A stretch of DNA of 63,801 bases, taken from IMG/VR virus record IMGVR_UViG_3300032236_000737, positions 1 through 63,801 of that record. One strand, written 5' to 3'. This DNA is from a virus. Its lineage: Duplodnaviria > Caudoviricetes. A program made the position numbers and the translations under genes. The notes under the pieces are model-generated. The model did not search any database. It was not told where the DNA came from and worked only from the letters and a program-made list of their open reading frames with translations. Below are positions 26,530 through 41,500 of the stretch, piece after piece (positions within the stretch are counted from its first letter, which is position 1; each line of letters opens with the position of its first letter).

Positions 26530-29500
26530 TCATTTGTATTCGCTGTACCAAATACCGGGCTGTGATCTTATGAAATCACCAATCTTTCCTGTATCGTACA
26601 GTACATTTGTAGTATTGTCCCAAGCTACACCGGTATTTTTAACTACTGTAATATGAGTTCCAAAACTCAACAAGTTAGTTAATGTAAGAGCGGCTGTAGT
26701 TCCGTCAACTGTAAAATCTTGACTGAACTCAACATCGCCTTCGGGGCTAGCTGGTGCATTATTAATGTTAAATGCGCTGTATCCAACTTTCTTCAAGCGG
26801 CGATTTCCAATAAAGAAATTCCATACGCTATTAGAAGCAACTCCATTTGCGATTGCAGTTGTTGTGCCGTCTGCATTTAATGTTACAGTTGTTACTGTAT
26901 TGTAGAATGTACTTCCGCTAATATGGTTAGTCAAGCATCTGTAAGTATACACACCTACATTAACTATAGATCCAACTGTATAGACTGCACCTGGTTCCCA
27001 TACTGCTCCGTCATTATACCCACCAACAAACACTTCAATCTCGTTAACAGATGCTGGGACAAAATCTAAATTAACAGTACTTGTTCCATCACTTATAATC
27101 TGCTGTACAATTTGTGTATCGTTATATGGAATTGTTTCACTAGTTCCAATATCTTGTACTAATGTACCAGCAACGTTTAAGTTATAAACACCAGTACCAA
27201 GAGTGCCGCGGCGTAGTTGACTCAAAGTATTGCCTACTAGTGAGAAATATTCAATTCGTTCGCCACGAATTTCAACAACACCGGGTCTGTTAATTCTAGG
27301 ATTTGGTAAATCAAATGCAGATGCATTTGTTACTACAATACTAGTATCATTCCAATGTAAATCTTGTGCAAGAGTTGTTTGCTTTGCTTGGCTTAAACGC
27401 TTATAACTTACACGGTTGAGCATATCTTTAAACTGCATATACGCAATTCCAGATTTTAATATATTACTACCAAATGTGATTAGTGTAATTTTATCTGTGT
27501 TGATACACGGTGCGGCTAATGTAATACTTTGATAGTCTGCATTTAGTTTATAATCTACTACTGGTGTTAACAATCTGTTATTCTTAACAACCCATACATA
27601 GTAATCGTTTATAACTGGACGATCTAATACGACAATTCCTCCAAGAATATTTTCATAGTAGTAATAATCGGCAGAGTTAGGTACAAGAGATGCAGTACTT
27701 GAAGCGTTTACTGTTGTTCTTTCAATATCTAAAAACTCGTGTTGATAAGATCCAATCACTTGTACTACATGAGTATTGTCATATGCTTGTGCAAATGTAA
27801 TCTGATTAGTTATAGGATTAAATGTATATCCATTGTTTGCAATTATACTTACAATCAATGTTTCGCCTTTGTACTTAGTGTACACAGCTTTATTAATTTT
27901 AACTGTAATTCCGCCAAGATCAACAATAAAATCAATACCTTGAGTTAATTGAACACTGCCAACATACACAAATAATGTACTAAAATCAACGCTATAAGGA
28001 ACAAACTTTGTTGGGTCAATAGTATAATTTAATCTGTTGCTACCGATTGTAAAATATGTATTAACTGGAGCTTGTAAAATAGTCTGGTCTACTCGAACAA
28101 TCATGTTTGACTCATTTGGTAACGAGGTTCCAATCTTGTTTCTTAAAGTATATGTTCTAGCACCGTTAGTTGCAACTGTTTCTACATTAGTAATAGCATA
28201 AGTAGGTTCAGATCCTGCAACAATAATAAAATTAATTATGTCTCCAGCTTTAGGAGCAACACCAAATCTAAATCCAATAGCATTTGAATATGAGTAAGAA
28301 GTATCAGTTTTAAACAACTGAGGACTTGCAACTATACCATCTACATAAATTAATGTTGTCACAGGAGATACCCATGTTGCATTAGTAACAAACTCACGAG
28401 TTGTTCCGTCGCCAACAAAATGGTCAATATCAATAATGTTTGTGCCATTAAATCCAATACTAAACAAACTAACTTCAGAATTTGCATCTGGAGCAAAATG
28501 GAATACAATAGAATTAGTATTGTAATCAACATCGTAATCCGTATTAATTGTTTTTATATTATTATTAACCTTAACAATAACTGCGCCCGGGCCGTTTGGA
28601 GTCTGACTTAACAAGAATGCTGTAGTTGTGCCGTCTGCTAGATAGTTGTCCACTTTAATCATTCCAGATCCGCTAGTTGGTTTATCGTAAACCTTAATAG
28701 CCAATGTGTCAATAACTTGACCTGGTACAACTTCTTCAGGTGCAACATTAGTTGTTGGGGTAACAAATCCGTCACCGTCAATAATAATGTCATCTGCTGC
28801 CAATCCAGTTGCTGTAGCAAACACTCCGTTTAAAGAACTAGTGTCGCCACCACTAAGAGCAGTATCATAATCTTGACTTTGCGGAGCAATTGAGCCATCG
28901 CTAGTTGTTTGTCTAATAATGAATTCATCTCCTTTAGACACTACGAATACGTTGGCAGATGCATTTGAACCTTCATCTACTTTGTCAAGAACACCAAACA
29001 CAGTACTTGCTGAGCCGCCATCGTCTACTTCGATATCAATTGTAGAATCAGCTTGGCCACCATCAACTAGTGTGTACGGTTGTGGAATACTAAATGTTTT
29101 AGATGTTACACCAACTCCGTCACCAGTACCATCCGATAGGAATGTGTTTACAATCGCGGTTGGATTCATTACTGGGGTCAATGTTGATGTATTTGACAAG
29201 ATTGCATTAGCAACTGTTTGTAGCCCGCTAGTTGCTCCGCTTATACTAGGATTAACTATATTTGCGTTTGGATAGAACGAGCTACTAATAATTGTAGAAA
29301 TAGTTGCAATGTTATCAGATATCGATGTACCTGCGACGGCGCCGCCAGTTAACCCAGAAATAGTAGTTTGGAAGAAGTGTGTTTGCAATCTAGTAAACTG
29401 AGTGTTGGTAATAATTTTTTGCGCCATTGTATTCAAGTATCCAAAGATACCAGACCAGTATGCACTTGGTTGAATGAACGGGATACTATTATTATAGATC

Positions 29501-32500
29501 CAATACTGCTTTGCAGAATAAACAGACTCTTTATTTCCACCATACATTAAGTCGTAACACAAACTCAATACAATATATTGTATTCTTGTTTGGAAATCAG
29601 TATGATTGTACGTCACACTTGGATAGTGGTTAGTAATATACTGCATCAACTCAGCTTGGATAAACGAAATATTATCATTTAACAATGTTGCGGCACTAAT
29701 TTGACCTTGTGATGTTCCAGGCAATGATCCAAATACTGGCTGAGGAATAATTCCACCGCCAATAATTGTTGTTATAACATCTGTGTTAGTGTCAATTACT
29801 GCTTCTGCGCCTGCATTATTAACAACTGCGGGTAATACACTAATATTTTCAATTAAACTATTAATAGAATAATTAGTTTCGCTTACCTTATATCCATATG
29901 TTGTAATATGATTTAATATTGCGATGCCGGCTAATATGCTCTGATAGTTAGAACTAAACGCGGCATCGTAAGCAGTTGCTTCTATCAATTGTGTAAAGAA
30001 CGGAGCAATGTTATAATTTGGATCATCAAGTCTAACTGGATTTAAAGATCCAATAATATTAATAGTTGTTCCAGCAATGATTCCACTATTTGCTAAACTA
30101 GGTAATGTAATTAAACCAGTCTGGCCTATAACAACATCCGTTGGTTGAACTAACTTTCTTGTAAATGTTAGGTAAACTTCGTCTGGCAAATCATTATAAA
30201 GGATCGTGCCTATCTGTACTTGTGTCGACGATAATCCTAATGTTGTGTTTGGACCAACTGCTGTTACTTTTGTATCTAACGCAATTAATGTCAACGCTGT
30301 ATCAGTTGTACTGATTACATCACCAACTCGAATTCCAGCTAAACTAGTTACTGTTAGCTTAGTCGATCCTGCTGTACTAATCCCTACTGTTTTTACAGTA
30401 TGAGAAATTGTAACATACGGGTTATAGTCTTGAATATTATATTGATATTCTGTTGCAACACCGTCTGACACATAAGAATCTACACTATTAGATATCTTGT
30501 AAATGTTTAATTGTGTTCCAGCTGTAGGTGTGTATGGTAATGTAAAATCGTGTGTGTTTGCATCAACCACAACATTATAATCAGTATAAGTCGAGTCGTA
30601 AGTGTCCCACTTATCTGAATAGAAAGGAACACTATCCCAACCTTGAGATATTTCAAAACCTAATCCGTTAACTATTACACCGCCGTAGTCAATGCCAGTC
30701 ATCAACTGAGCAAGATCTTTACCTAGTTCTCCTGTAGAAGAATTATAGTAATATTGAATTCTATCAGTTGCGCCTAATAGCGATTCGTCAAGGATATAAG
30801 TTACAACAATTTTTGCTCCTTTAACTGGAGCTGTTGTAAATGTAATCTTTCCAGAGTATGTTGTATAACCTTTAACTTTGCTAGGTACAATACTTAAAGT
30901 ATAAGTATCGCGCAATGCAGAGATTCCATTAATAGTAACTGTGCTCTTACCAATTCTATTATCAGGGCCCCATATTAAAGGAAACTGTAGTCTTGAACCG
31001 CTTCCAGTAAATGTTTCAACCTTTTGTATTTGTGTTATATAATATTTTTGATCTATTCTATCAAATTTAATTCCAACATAATTAGATCTAACAACACTTT
31101 CTCCAATAACTGCAACTGCTGTTGCTGGAGTGCCAGTTGGCAGTATTCCGCCTTTAATTGTGACTGTAGGAGCAGATAGGTATCCCGAACCTGGTGTTAA
31201 TAACACTATTCGGTTTACTTTTTCGTTACTAATAAATGCTCTAGCTGTTGCGCCTGATCCACTATTACCTGCAATAATAACCTGAGGTTCTGTAACGTAG
31301 CCGTTGCCACCATCTATTAGTTTTAATTCAGTAATTGTAAATCCAACATTGTCTAGCCAGAATTTCCAAGGATAAGTTTCTATAGCAGTATCTTGTGCAA
31401 CAACTTTTCCGTTTTCTACATGGACTTCTATCAAAGATATTTTATTATTTTCGTAGATAGGTTGTAAGTCAAAGTCTGTAATAGGAAGATGTGCAGGATC
31501 AATACTGTCGTAGTTACTAATGTACTCGCGTACTTTAGTTTTATAAGGTTTAACTTCGTTTACGTAATCTTCAAAGTTTGCTAAGTTATCAGGCTTGTAT
31601 GTTACAGGCTGATCTAAGCTGCCAATATTGTGTTGTGCTTTTACAAAACTAGTTTTAAAGATCCAATCAACATAAGGTTGCTCACTATGTATATAATGAA
31701 CACTACCAAAGAATAAATCTAAATAGGATCCGTTTAACTCGCCTACAAATATATCATTCTTCAAACTGTCTAAAATAATTCTTAATTCAGTTGCCGCAAC
31801 CAAGTCGTACGATGCAGAATCGTAAATATTATTATCAAAACCTAGTCCAGTGTCAGCAGAATTATACAACGATGAACTTAATTGTATTGTTCCGTTTTGT
31901 AATCCTACAACTGAATAACTTTGTGTCCAGTCAACACTAGTTGAATTTGAATATCTACTTAACAATACCCATCCGCCAGAGTTACTATTTCGAACTTTGA
32001 CAGTTGCACCAATATTTGGTGTAAGGCTGTTTAGGTCTGCAAGCGTTGCGACAGAAAAATCAGCTATTGAAAACTGACTGTATCCTGTAGCATACCAGTC
32101 TGCATAATTCCAATAATTTCTTACATCGTAAGATTGTGTTCTCGATAGTGTCCAGTACCCCGGAGTTACTGTGCCGTTAGTTGCGACTACAGGAGGAATC
32201 CATGTGTAGATACTCCAGTTATTGTTGGCATTTGTATCACTTCTTACTAAGGCGCTATAGTTTCTAATAACCATTACAGTATTATCATCGTAACCTTCTC
32301 CAGTGGCTACTACTTTAGCACCAGTAATCTGTCCTTTAGAATTAATAGTTGTTTGTACTATTGCACCAGAACCAGAACCAATTACTTCAATGTATGGAGC
32401 AACTGCATATCCCTTACCTAACAATGGATTTCCAGTGCTATCTGTGTTAATTATAATTCCAACAATCTTGCCGTCTGCAATAGAAGGACTGATACTTGGT

Positions 32501-35500
32501 TTTGCAAAGTTACCAACGTTTGCATAATCTAGTTCTGCATAAGTGTCAAATGCAACATCATACAATCCAGTTGTAACTGCTGGAGCAACGTCGTAGCTTT
32601 CTAAATTCTTAAGATTATTATTTTCAACTACTTGATTAACTATTAATAATTGATTTGCTTGTTCTACAAATTCTTTTAACGCTTCGAATCTGTTTACAAA
32701 CATTCCCTGGCGAGGGCGGTTTTCAATACCGTAGCGAATCTTAGGAGGTAGTGCAGGATCAGGAACAGGACGTCCAACTGAATCTTTACCACATAAACTG
32801 TCAATCCATTTTTGTTCAATAGGTAATGGAATGTAAGTTGTTGGATCATTGCTTACAAGTGTCCAGTGACCGTGTACGTTCTGATCAGTCTTCTTACCAA
32901 TCCAATATTCTATACTTAATACAACTTCATCGCTTTTTAAATATTGCTTTGCATTGACTAAACTTAAACTATTAGGACCAGTTAATGCAAGATAAGCGTA
33001 TGCTTGTCCACGAGGATTTGCAATTAAATTTGCAACATCTTGCGCGGCTAAGTTTCTTCCTGGAGCTGACGGGATAAATTTCTTGTTTTTAACCCAGAAA
33101 TAATATGTGTTTTTAAACTGCTGTGTGGCTGTGTTAAATGTTTGTTTAACACTATATATTGCATTTCCATATAAGCTAGTACCGCTAATACCCATAGCTG
33201 TTCCAGTTGGAGTATCTGCCAGGCTATCCCACTGACTTGGAAGTTGATTATATTTTACCCACTCATACACATCAATACTTGCACCCGGTGCAAGTGTATT
33301 CCAGTTAGTATTTTTATAAACAGGATTATTTTCGTATGCATTTAAAAATTTAGCAGTTCTTAAATCCCACCATAGCTGACCAACTTGGTCGTCTTTCCAT
33401 GCTGTTCCAGAATTAACATTAACAGTAGTATCGCCAACACTATATGTTGCAGGATCGTAGAAAGCTTTGAATTTAATTTCTTCATCTGCTGGACCAGCAA
33501 TCTTACCTTGCGCTGGATCGATGACATCCAAATATGTAACTAAGGTTCCTAACTTTCTGTTGTATAGGAATGCTTTTTTAATTTTCTTAACATCTGGTTT
33601 GTCAATTTCACTATGTATCATAGTCCAAGATGTTTGTCCTGGACGTTTGCCATAGTCATATACTCTACCAGACTGCATTCCTTGATCTGTTCCAAACGGT
33701 GCACCGATTAAAATATGGTTTGCACCAACAGCAAATCCTGTACCGTATCCGTCTAGCACACCAGATTCACTTGTAACTATTGCGGCGGTGCCAGTACCTG
33801 ACCCGTCACCGGTAGCAACAAATGTAACACCAATAGCATTAACACTTGCACCTATTCTTGTAAAATCAGTAGTACCTAATGTAAGAATAGAATATGTATC
33901 TCCAACAACAAACTCGCCTGCTGTAGTTACTGGATTGGCTTTACTTAAACTTTCACTAAACACCCAGTTGTTAGCATACTTGTCATAGATATCAATTCTT
34001 CCGCTATTAGTTTGACGTACAGTAAATGGTGTAGAATTTTTATCAAATGTTGTTCCATTCTTATCAAATGTAGTTGTAATAAATGTATCGCCGTACTGAC
34101 TGAAGATTGCCAATGTTTCATAGTTATTCATAAAGGCAATTTTTCTACCAAAGTGTCCGTTAGTCTCTGGCTGATGTGGAACTATTGCTTGATAGAAGCT
34201 GTATGTTCCATTATTGTTTTGATAAACCGACACCTGTCCTTGTTGTTTAATCTGTGCTGTACTTACAGTATCATCAGATATAGCAATATAAGACCCATCG
34301 TCTGATATTGCCAATTGTATATCGTAATCAACGCCTTCTAGCAACTGAGTTAATTCAAAACCGGCTAAACTATTACCAGTAACTGTTCCAGCATGTGTCT
34401 GTGGGCCTAGTGCAGAACTTGCATAGCTAACGCTATTATTTGTCACGGCAGTTACAACAAAAGAACCATTAAACGAACTAGGAGTTACTCCAGTAACTGT
34501 AATTGTATCACCTATAGCGAACGGCACTAGATTACGATTTGTAAATGTTATAGTTGCCGTTGTGCCAGTGCCGCTTGCACCAGTTGTTGCAATTACAAGA
34601 TTATTAGATGCTTTGAATATTGCAACAATCGCGGTAGTTATAGTACTCGCGGCGCTAATTGCTAAAGTAGAATTGTCGTTGCTTATTGCTAGACTATAAC
34701 CAAAATTCATACCTTCTATAGTGCCAGTATATACTTCAGACCAATCATATCCCCATCCAATTACTGCAAATTCAATAATACCAGACGGAGTTGAATCTGG
34801 TGTGCCACTTAGTTGTAGTGTTGTAGAATTTATTACTGCGGTTACTGTTTGTCCACTAGTAAATCCAGCACCTAAAACATACATACCTTCTCTAATGCCA
34901 GTTGTACTAGTAACACGCAATGTTGATTCACTACTTCCAACTGGGTTATAAGCAGATTGTGCCTGTACAATCGTAGAATATTTCAACTTGTAAACTCTAC
35001 CAGTGCTGTTACCGTAACCAGGAGCAGAAACATATATGACGTCATTACCGAACGCAAAACTTGCACCAAAGTTCTCGTTTGAATCAGGTATTGGGCTAGT
35101 AATAGTATCTACTAATGCATAAATGTTGTTTGAATCTTTTTTGTACAAACTAACAACACCTTGACCAGCATATCCAGTTTGTGTAGATTGGAATGTCCAC
35201 TGTCCAGATCCGCTATCAGGAGTATCAGGAGCTTGTTGAGTTCCGGACATTATTCCGCTTGCTGTTGTTAATGGGACAGTTAGCGGGCTTCCTCGAAGCG
35301 CAGTAACAGTAAAGCGTGTGCCATCTATAATTGTTGCTACATAATAAATTACACCAGAAACAATTCCACCAAACACAGCTCCATCAAAAATAATTTCATA
35401 TCCTGCGCCTAGTACACTAGTATCTTCGGTTGTTAAGTAATATGTTCCAGAAGCAGTATTTGTAACTGTAATTGTGACTCGGCCGTACAATTTTGTAGCG

Positions 35501-38500
35501 GCTTTATATACTTTACTCTTATAAACAACTAATGCCCCAACAGGATAGATTGCTGTTGATTGCCATGTACCGTAACTGTTTACTGGAACATAATATATAG
35601 TTTCCCAATAAGATGGATTGGTCGAAGGTACAGTTCGTACAGGAACAACAACTGCCGCTTTATAGTAAGAAATAATTCCTGAATTGTCGTCGGTAATACT
35701 TACGATTGCGCCAGGACCGTAGACTGTATTTGGATCATATTCGCCAATATAGTTAGTTACTGCATACCCGGCTTGCGAACTTCCAGTAATCATATACTGG
35801 CCGTCTGGAGAAATTGCAATACTTGATGCAATTATATTTCCAGGATTAGGGTTTGTTGTTACATTGTATGTTGTTCTAGAGTTTGTAGAAGTAGCGACCT
35901 GACTAATAGTCACGCTGACTCCAACATTAACAGATGTTACTAATGTATCTAATGGGATTCCTTGCCCGGTGATAATACCGCCCACCATGCCTGAAGATGC
36001 TCCAGCCATTGCAACTGTGTTACTACCAAGCACAGTACTAGCAGTTACCAAATAAACAGAATTTGTAGCAATGAACGGTGGTTCAATAATTTGTCTTTGT
36101 ACCCAAGGTAATGCTACGCTAGACTTATCATAGGTGGTAAGTTGGCCGAAACCAGAACCGACTGCTGCCATTGTTCCAAATCTGTTGATTGCAATTACAT
36201 TTCCAAATTCTAATCCAGCCTGCGGAGCAGAATTATTTAAATATGAGGCATTATAAACTGGGGTGTATTGCCATGTAGCCCATTTGCCGTTACCTTGATT
36301 GTCTGTCCATACCAATTCGCCTGGATTTAATCTAGTTGTAAGGATTGTATCAAGAGAATCAATGCTAGATGCACGTTGACTTACTAATGAATAAACTACC
36401 AATTGATTAGATTGAGTGAACGGGCTTGGGAATGATTTTAATGTAGCACTAACTGTGAATGTGTTTAATACCACACTAGTAACTTGATAAAATCCTTGGA
36501 TTGCAGAAACTTGAGATAGTCCTATCCAGTCTCCAACTTTTAACGAAGTTAAATTTGTAGTAGTAAGAGATAATGTATTAGTACTGCTGTTATAGGAAAC
36601 ATCGGTGATAGCAATTTGTATGTCAGTAAATCTATAAACATTCCAACTTGGTCCATCAAACGATACTGAAATGTACGCACCCTCATTGAATGTGGTAATA
36701 TCTTGATTAGTTAATTCAGACAAGTAACCTAATGAAACAAAAACATCTGACGCATTTGCATAACCAGCACTACGTAAATAAGAATTATACGTGTCTAGCA
36801 ATGGCCAAGGTTGGCTGTTGTATCCAAGTGGTTTTAGATATACATCGTTCTTTGTTTGTTGAATTATAAATGTTTCATCTAAACTAGTATCATGCAAATT
36901 TCTTAACTCAATCCCTTGTGGATTAGTTTTAAATTTTGATTCGTCTAAAATAAATTCAATATTTTCAAATGCTCGGGCGGCACCGTATTGTCCTACACGC
37001 AATGCCCATTCTTCATAGAAAGATAAACTTTCTAAATTATCAGAACTTAATACATTGAATAATTTATTCAAGACATTCTGTGTACCCTTTTCTCGGATCA
37101 TGCCTTGATAGAATTTAAATTCAGTAACATTATCTTGGATAATGTTGTCAAGATATTGACGTTTCTGATAACCAATTAGGTGATGAGACATTGTTTGCTG
37201 TCCGCTATCAAAATTATCGCTATCTAAACTGTAGAAATCTTCAAACTGACTTGCTTTGTACGACCAGTTTGGTAATAACTGAGGAGTAGGCTTGTGTGTT
37301 AGTTGGGTCCACGCTGTCGGATCAAATGTGCTTGTTCCGACTAATGCGGTTAATGCACTGTAATAAAATCCTTGATAGTTTACAATGTCACCCAACGCAT
37401 AATCTTTCCAAGATTGCCATTCTTGAATTATTGCTTGGTCAAATATAAATCCTGGAATATCTAGGCCGCCGTACCATTCAACGCTAACATGCCCTGAAAC
37501 TTTAATTCTTTCTTGTCTATATCCGCTTTCAGGATTATAAATTACATCGTTAAAAATAGTATTATTACTTAATGTAATAACTTGTTCATGTTGTATTAGA
37601 TAAAAACTTGCTCCGTAAATACCGTCAGCTGTTCGAGGGCTATACGTAACTTCGTTTCCATTTCTATAACTATCTAAAAATTGTGGAGCAAATGGTGTTC
37701 CGTCAACTTTAAATATTTCATATTCGTAAAATTGATTTTTAATATCATCTACTACTTCTAAAGTTGTTGTAAATGTTAATTTACTTGCAGATGGACTTAA
37801 ACTAATTACGCTGTTTCCAACATTACTTAGACCTTCAAGTAATGTATATTTTGTTTCATCAAATACAGATGCTGGTTGCAAATTATATAAGGCGCTATAA
37901 TAAGAACTGTTATATCTAACTATAGTTCCGTACGGTACTGGAGTATTTGGAGCCCAATCACTCCACTTGTCAGCATTAGGCGACCAGTTTTGTGTAGTCC
38001 AGAATAAAAATTCTTTAGCACTAGTTTCCCAGTTAGCAACATGTGAAAGATTTACGTTAAAGTTTTCAAATACAAATCCTTGATCTGTTAGCCAAGCGCC
38101 GTATCCAAGTAAAAAATCAACTACATCTTGTGCTGTCCTAAATTCTGTTCCGTAAGGAACTGTAATAGGTTCAGTATTGTCCCATCGTGTTCTAATTGTT
38201 GCTGTTGCTCCACCAATTACAGGTAGTCCACCTAACAAGGTAAACATATTAGTGTCAAATGTTGCTCCGGCTGTAACAGTACTTAAAGCTCGATAGTAAG
38301 ATCTGTTATAGTGAACTATGCTACTTGCAACATATAATTGTCCTGGTGTCCATTCAGTGTAGACTTCACTAACCCCGCCAACGGTGATTGTTGCACCAGA
38401 TTGTGTGTAAGGATAATACTTAAAGTATGGCTGAGTACGACTATAGCCTTTGACTTCAAATCCGTTTGGCATTTTAGTAATAATAACGCCGCTGTAAGTT

Positions 38501-41500
38501 ATTTTCTTAGTTGGACTAGAAGTGTTTAAAATTATATTATAGTTTTCTTGAGGAACAAATACATTACCTTTACTTAACGGAGTTTTAGAATCTAATAAAA
38601 GATTCATTTGATCTTTGCTGGTAAAAGCGCCAACACGATAAGATAATTGAGCTGACATAGTTTGCATGTCAGTAGTATATCGTTTGTATGATTTTACATT
38701 ATTACTAAAAATAAAATTTAAAATTTGATCAACAATATAGTTAACAACACCAGCAGTTTGAACTCGTGTTGTACTTGAATAGATGCTTGGTAATACAACA
38801 TCCATTGGGCGAATTCTCAAGTTAGTATCTTTATAAACTAATTGTCCTGCTAGGTTTCTCACTATTCTAGATCTGTCTAATAACAAACCTATAGTTCTAG
38901 CCGGTGTTAATAAAATACTAGCAAGTATTACTCCAAATGGGTAATGACTACTACGGCGCCATGCGGCTTCAACTGGGCTGACATCTCCAAAAACAAATCC
39001 GTTATCTACATTTTGAGTGATAGGGCCGTACGCTAGTCCTGATTCTAATGGGCTTTTTAACATACCATTTCCGTCTACTGGAATATGTTGCATTAAAAAT
39101 GGTTTAGCATACTTGCTTAACTTAACTGCTGGCTTGCCTGGTTCTTTTACTAATCCGTCTGCAATGTCTTGCCACATTGGAAGGTTATCACCAGTGTACG
39201 GTGCAGGACCGTACAAGCCTTGCCACCATGAAGGCTCTAAACTAAAACCTAACATTTCCCAAGGAGTTAAATTTGGTCTATCTGTATCTAGTAAGTAGCG
39301 ATAGATTCCTCTCCAATATCCTGGAACAGGGTTTCCGTCTGGGTCTGCTGTTTGTGAATAGTTATATGTAAATGTATTATTAAGACTATAGCTTAACGGT
39401 TTAGTAAAATCACGACCAGATAATGTAGTCCATTTATAAAAACTAGGAGCTAGTACTGCGTTAAACTCTGCTAAACTATAATCATTAGTTTTGTTATAGG
39501 TTGGAATAACGTCTGCAATATCAAAAATAGTAGCATCATATTTTACTTTGATATTATTAAAGATACGTTTTTCTAATTCTAGAATTAGTGCATCTCTGTA
39601 ATCACCATATGCTAATACTTGGCTTCCATCGTGACCTTGTATCATCACTCTAGGTGTTAAGTATGTGGTATCTGTATAAATTTTTGGTGCATACGCAGGC
39701 CACATACCGTACTTGGTAGGTGTTGCTGGAACAAAACAGCCGTCAGTACTATCGTACTCAACAGTTGTAATAGTATCCCCAGTATGCATATCTACACGAT
39801 CATCAATGATTACAAATCCCTGATTGTTAAATGTGTAGTCGTGTCCGTGGACTAATTGTACTCCATTTAAATAAATGCCAACTGCTTTGTTAGAAAGAGA
39901 ATCTAATGTGAATACTGCACTTAACGGATATTGTTTTATTCTACTATCTACAACTGATAAATCAGTATTGACACTAGCACCGTAAGGAATCATATCACTA
40001 AAGTAATAAGGTGCAGTAGTTGGACGATCCTTGTTTATTTTTTGCATTATTAAATTGACAATTGTAACTGGATCTCCGTCAATACCTAAGTTACTAGCAA
40101 TTTTAATAAAATTTCTTTTAAAGTTATTATAATCGTCTCTACTTTGTTCTAAAGAACGAACAATATTATTTGCTTCAGATGTAATATGATATATTGCAGT
40201 GCTTAAAGGTCCGCTATGTTGGACAAACTTTGTTCCGTACTGTGTAACATTTCCTAAATCTCGTAAATTTCCAGGACCTGGAAAAGTACCAACAAACGTT
40301 GTTAAATTATCTACAATAGAGTTTACATGGTCGGTAACTTCACCCAATGTAAAGTCTCCCATGATATTGTTTAAAGGATTATTTTGTAAATTCAATGGAA
40401 TTTCGTAATAACCATTGTCATTAATTGGCTGAGCGGCAAACGCTCTAATAGTAACAACATCACTAGTTCCAACTGGGGTGTTTAAAGATACATATTTGTA
40501 ATATGATCCATCATTTAATGTCCATAGTGTTGGGTCTAGACGAATTCCGTTAATATAAACTTTTACAACTAAGTCGTCAAGATTTGTAATATCATCAAAA
40601 ATATCAACATTGAAGTTATTAGTTAATCCTGAATTTTTGTAAATTCTGATCGCGGCTTGTGTATTTGGTGCAGTACATACTTGCCAACCGTTTTTATAAA
40701 TTAATTTACCAGCATAGTTTTGACTTACAAGATAACCTACATTAATATTTTGTGTAAGAACTAGAGTAGATTCTTTATACTGGAAGCTGTCTGTAGCAAG
40801 TGTAAAATTGAAAACAATGTCTCCAATATTGCTAATATTTCTATAGCTTAACGGGAATCCTAGTCGACCATCGGCTACACCTGAACCAACTTTATAAGAG
40901 AATAAGGTTGTTCCTTTAAAAGTAGAACCGTTATACACAGAATTATCACTATAACTAACGCCATTGGCATCGACAATATCAAATAAAGGTGCTTGATTAA
41001 TTGTAGTTTTTTGTTGTCCTAGTACCCAAGAGCTTCCGTCATAGTAAAAACTCTTTCCTTGATACTTTACTCCAGACTTAACTAATGTCACTTGATTTAA
41101 CACAGGATCAAGAACTTCAGCCAAGTGAATCTGACGACTACCTGAACTTAGGTGCAACACATCTAAGAATTGAACTTCAAATACTTTATTTCTTACTAGT
41201 CTATCTTTATCTGCTGTAAAGATAATACGTTGCCCTTGCGCTAAATTAACGCCGTCTACATTATAACCAGACTTTCCTTCAATGTCTGTAAATGCATCTT
41301 TTGTAAAATCATCAACAATATCAATATCTGTAATAGCAGTTGTACCTGAATTAGCTAATTTTAAATTTGCTTCAAATTCAATAATAGGTCTTACTGCTCT
41401 AGCGGTTTGATCAATACTTGCAACATTTCCGTTGAAGGCGGCACTAGCTGTAATAACATCTTTATGGAACCAGCGATTGTATCGACTCCAGTTGTTATAA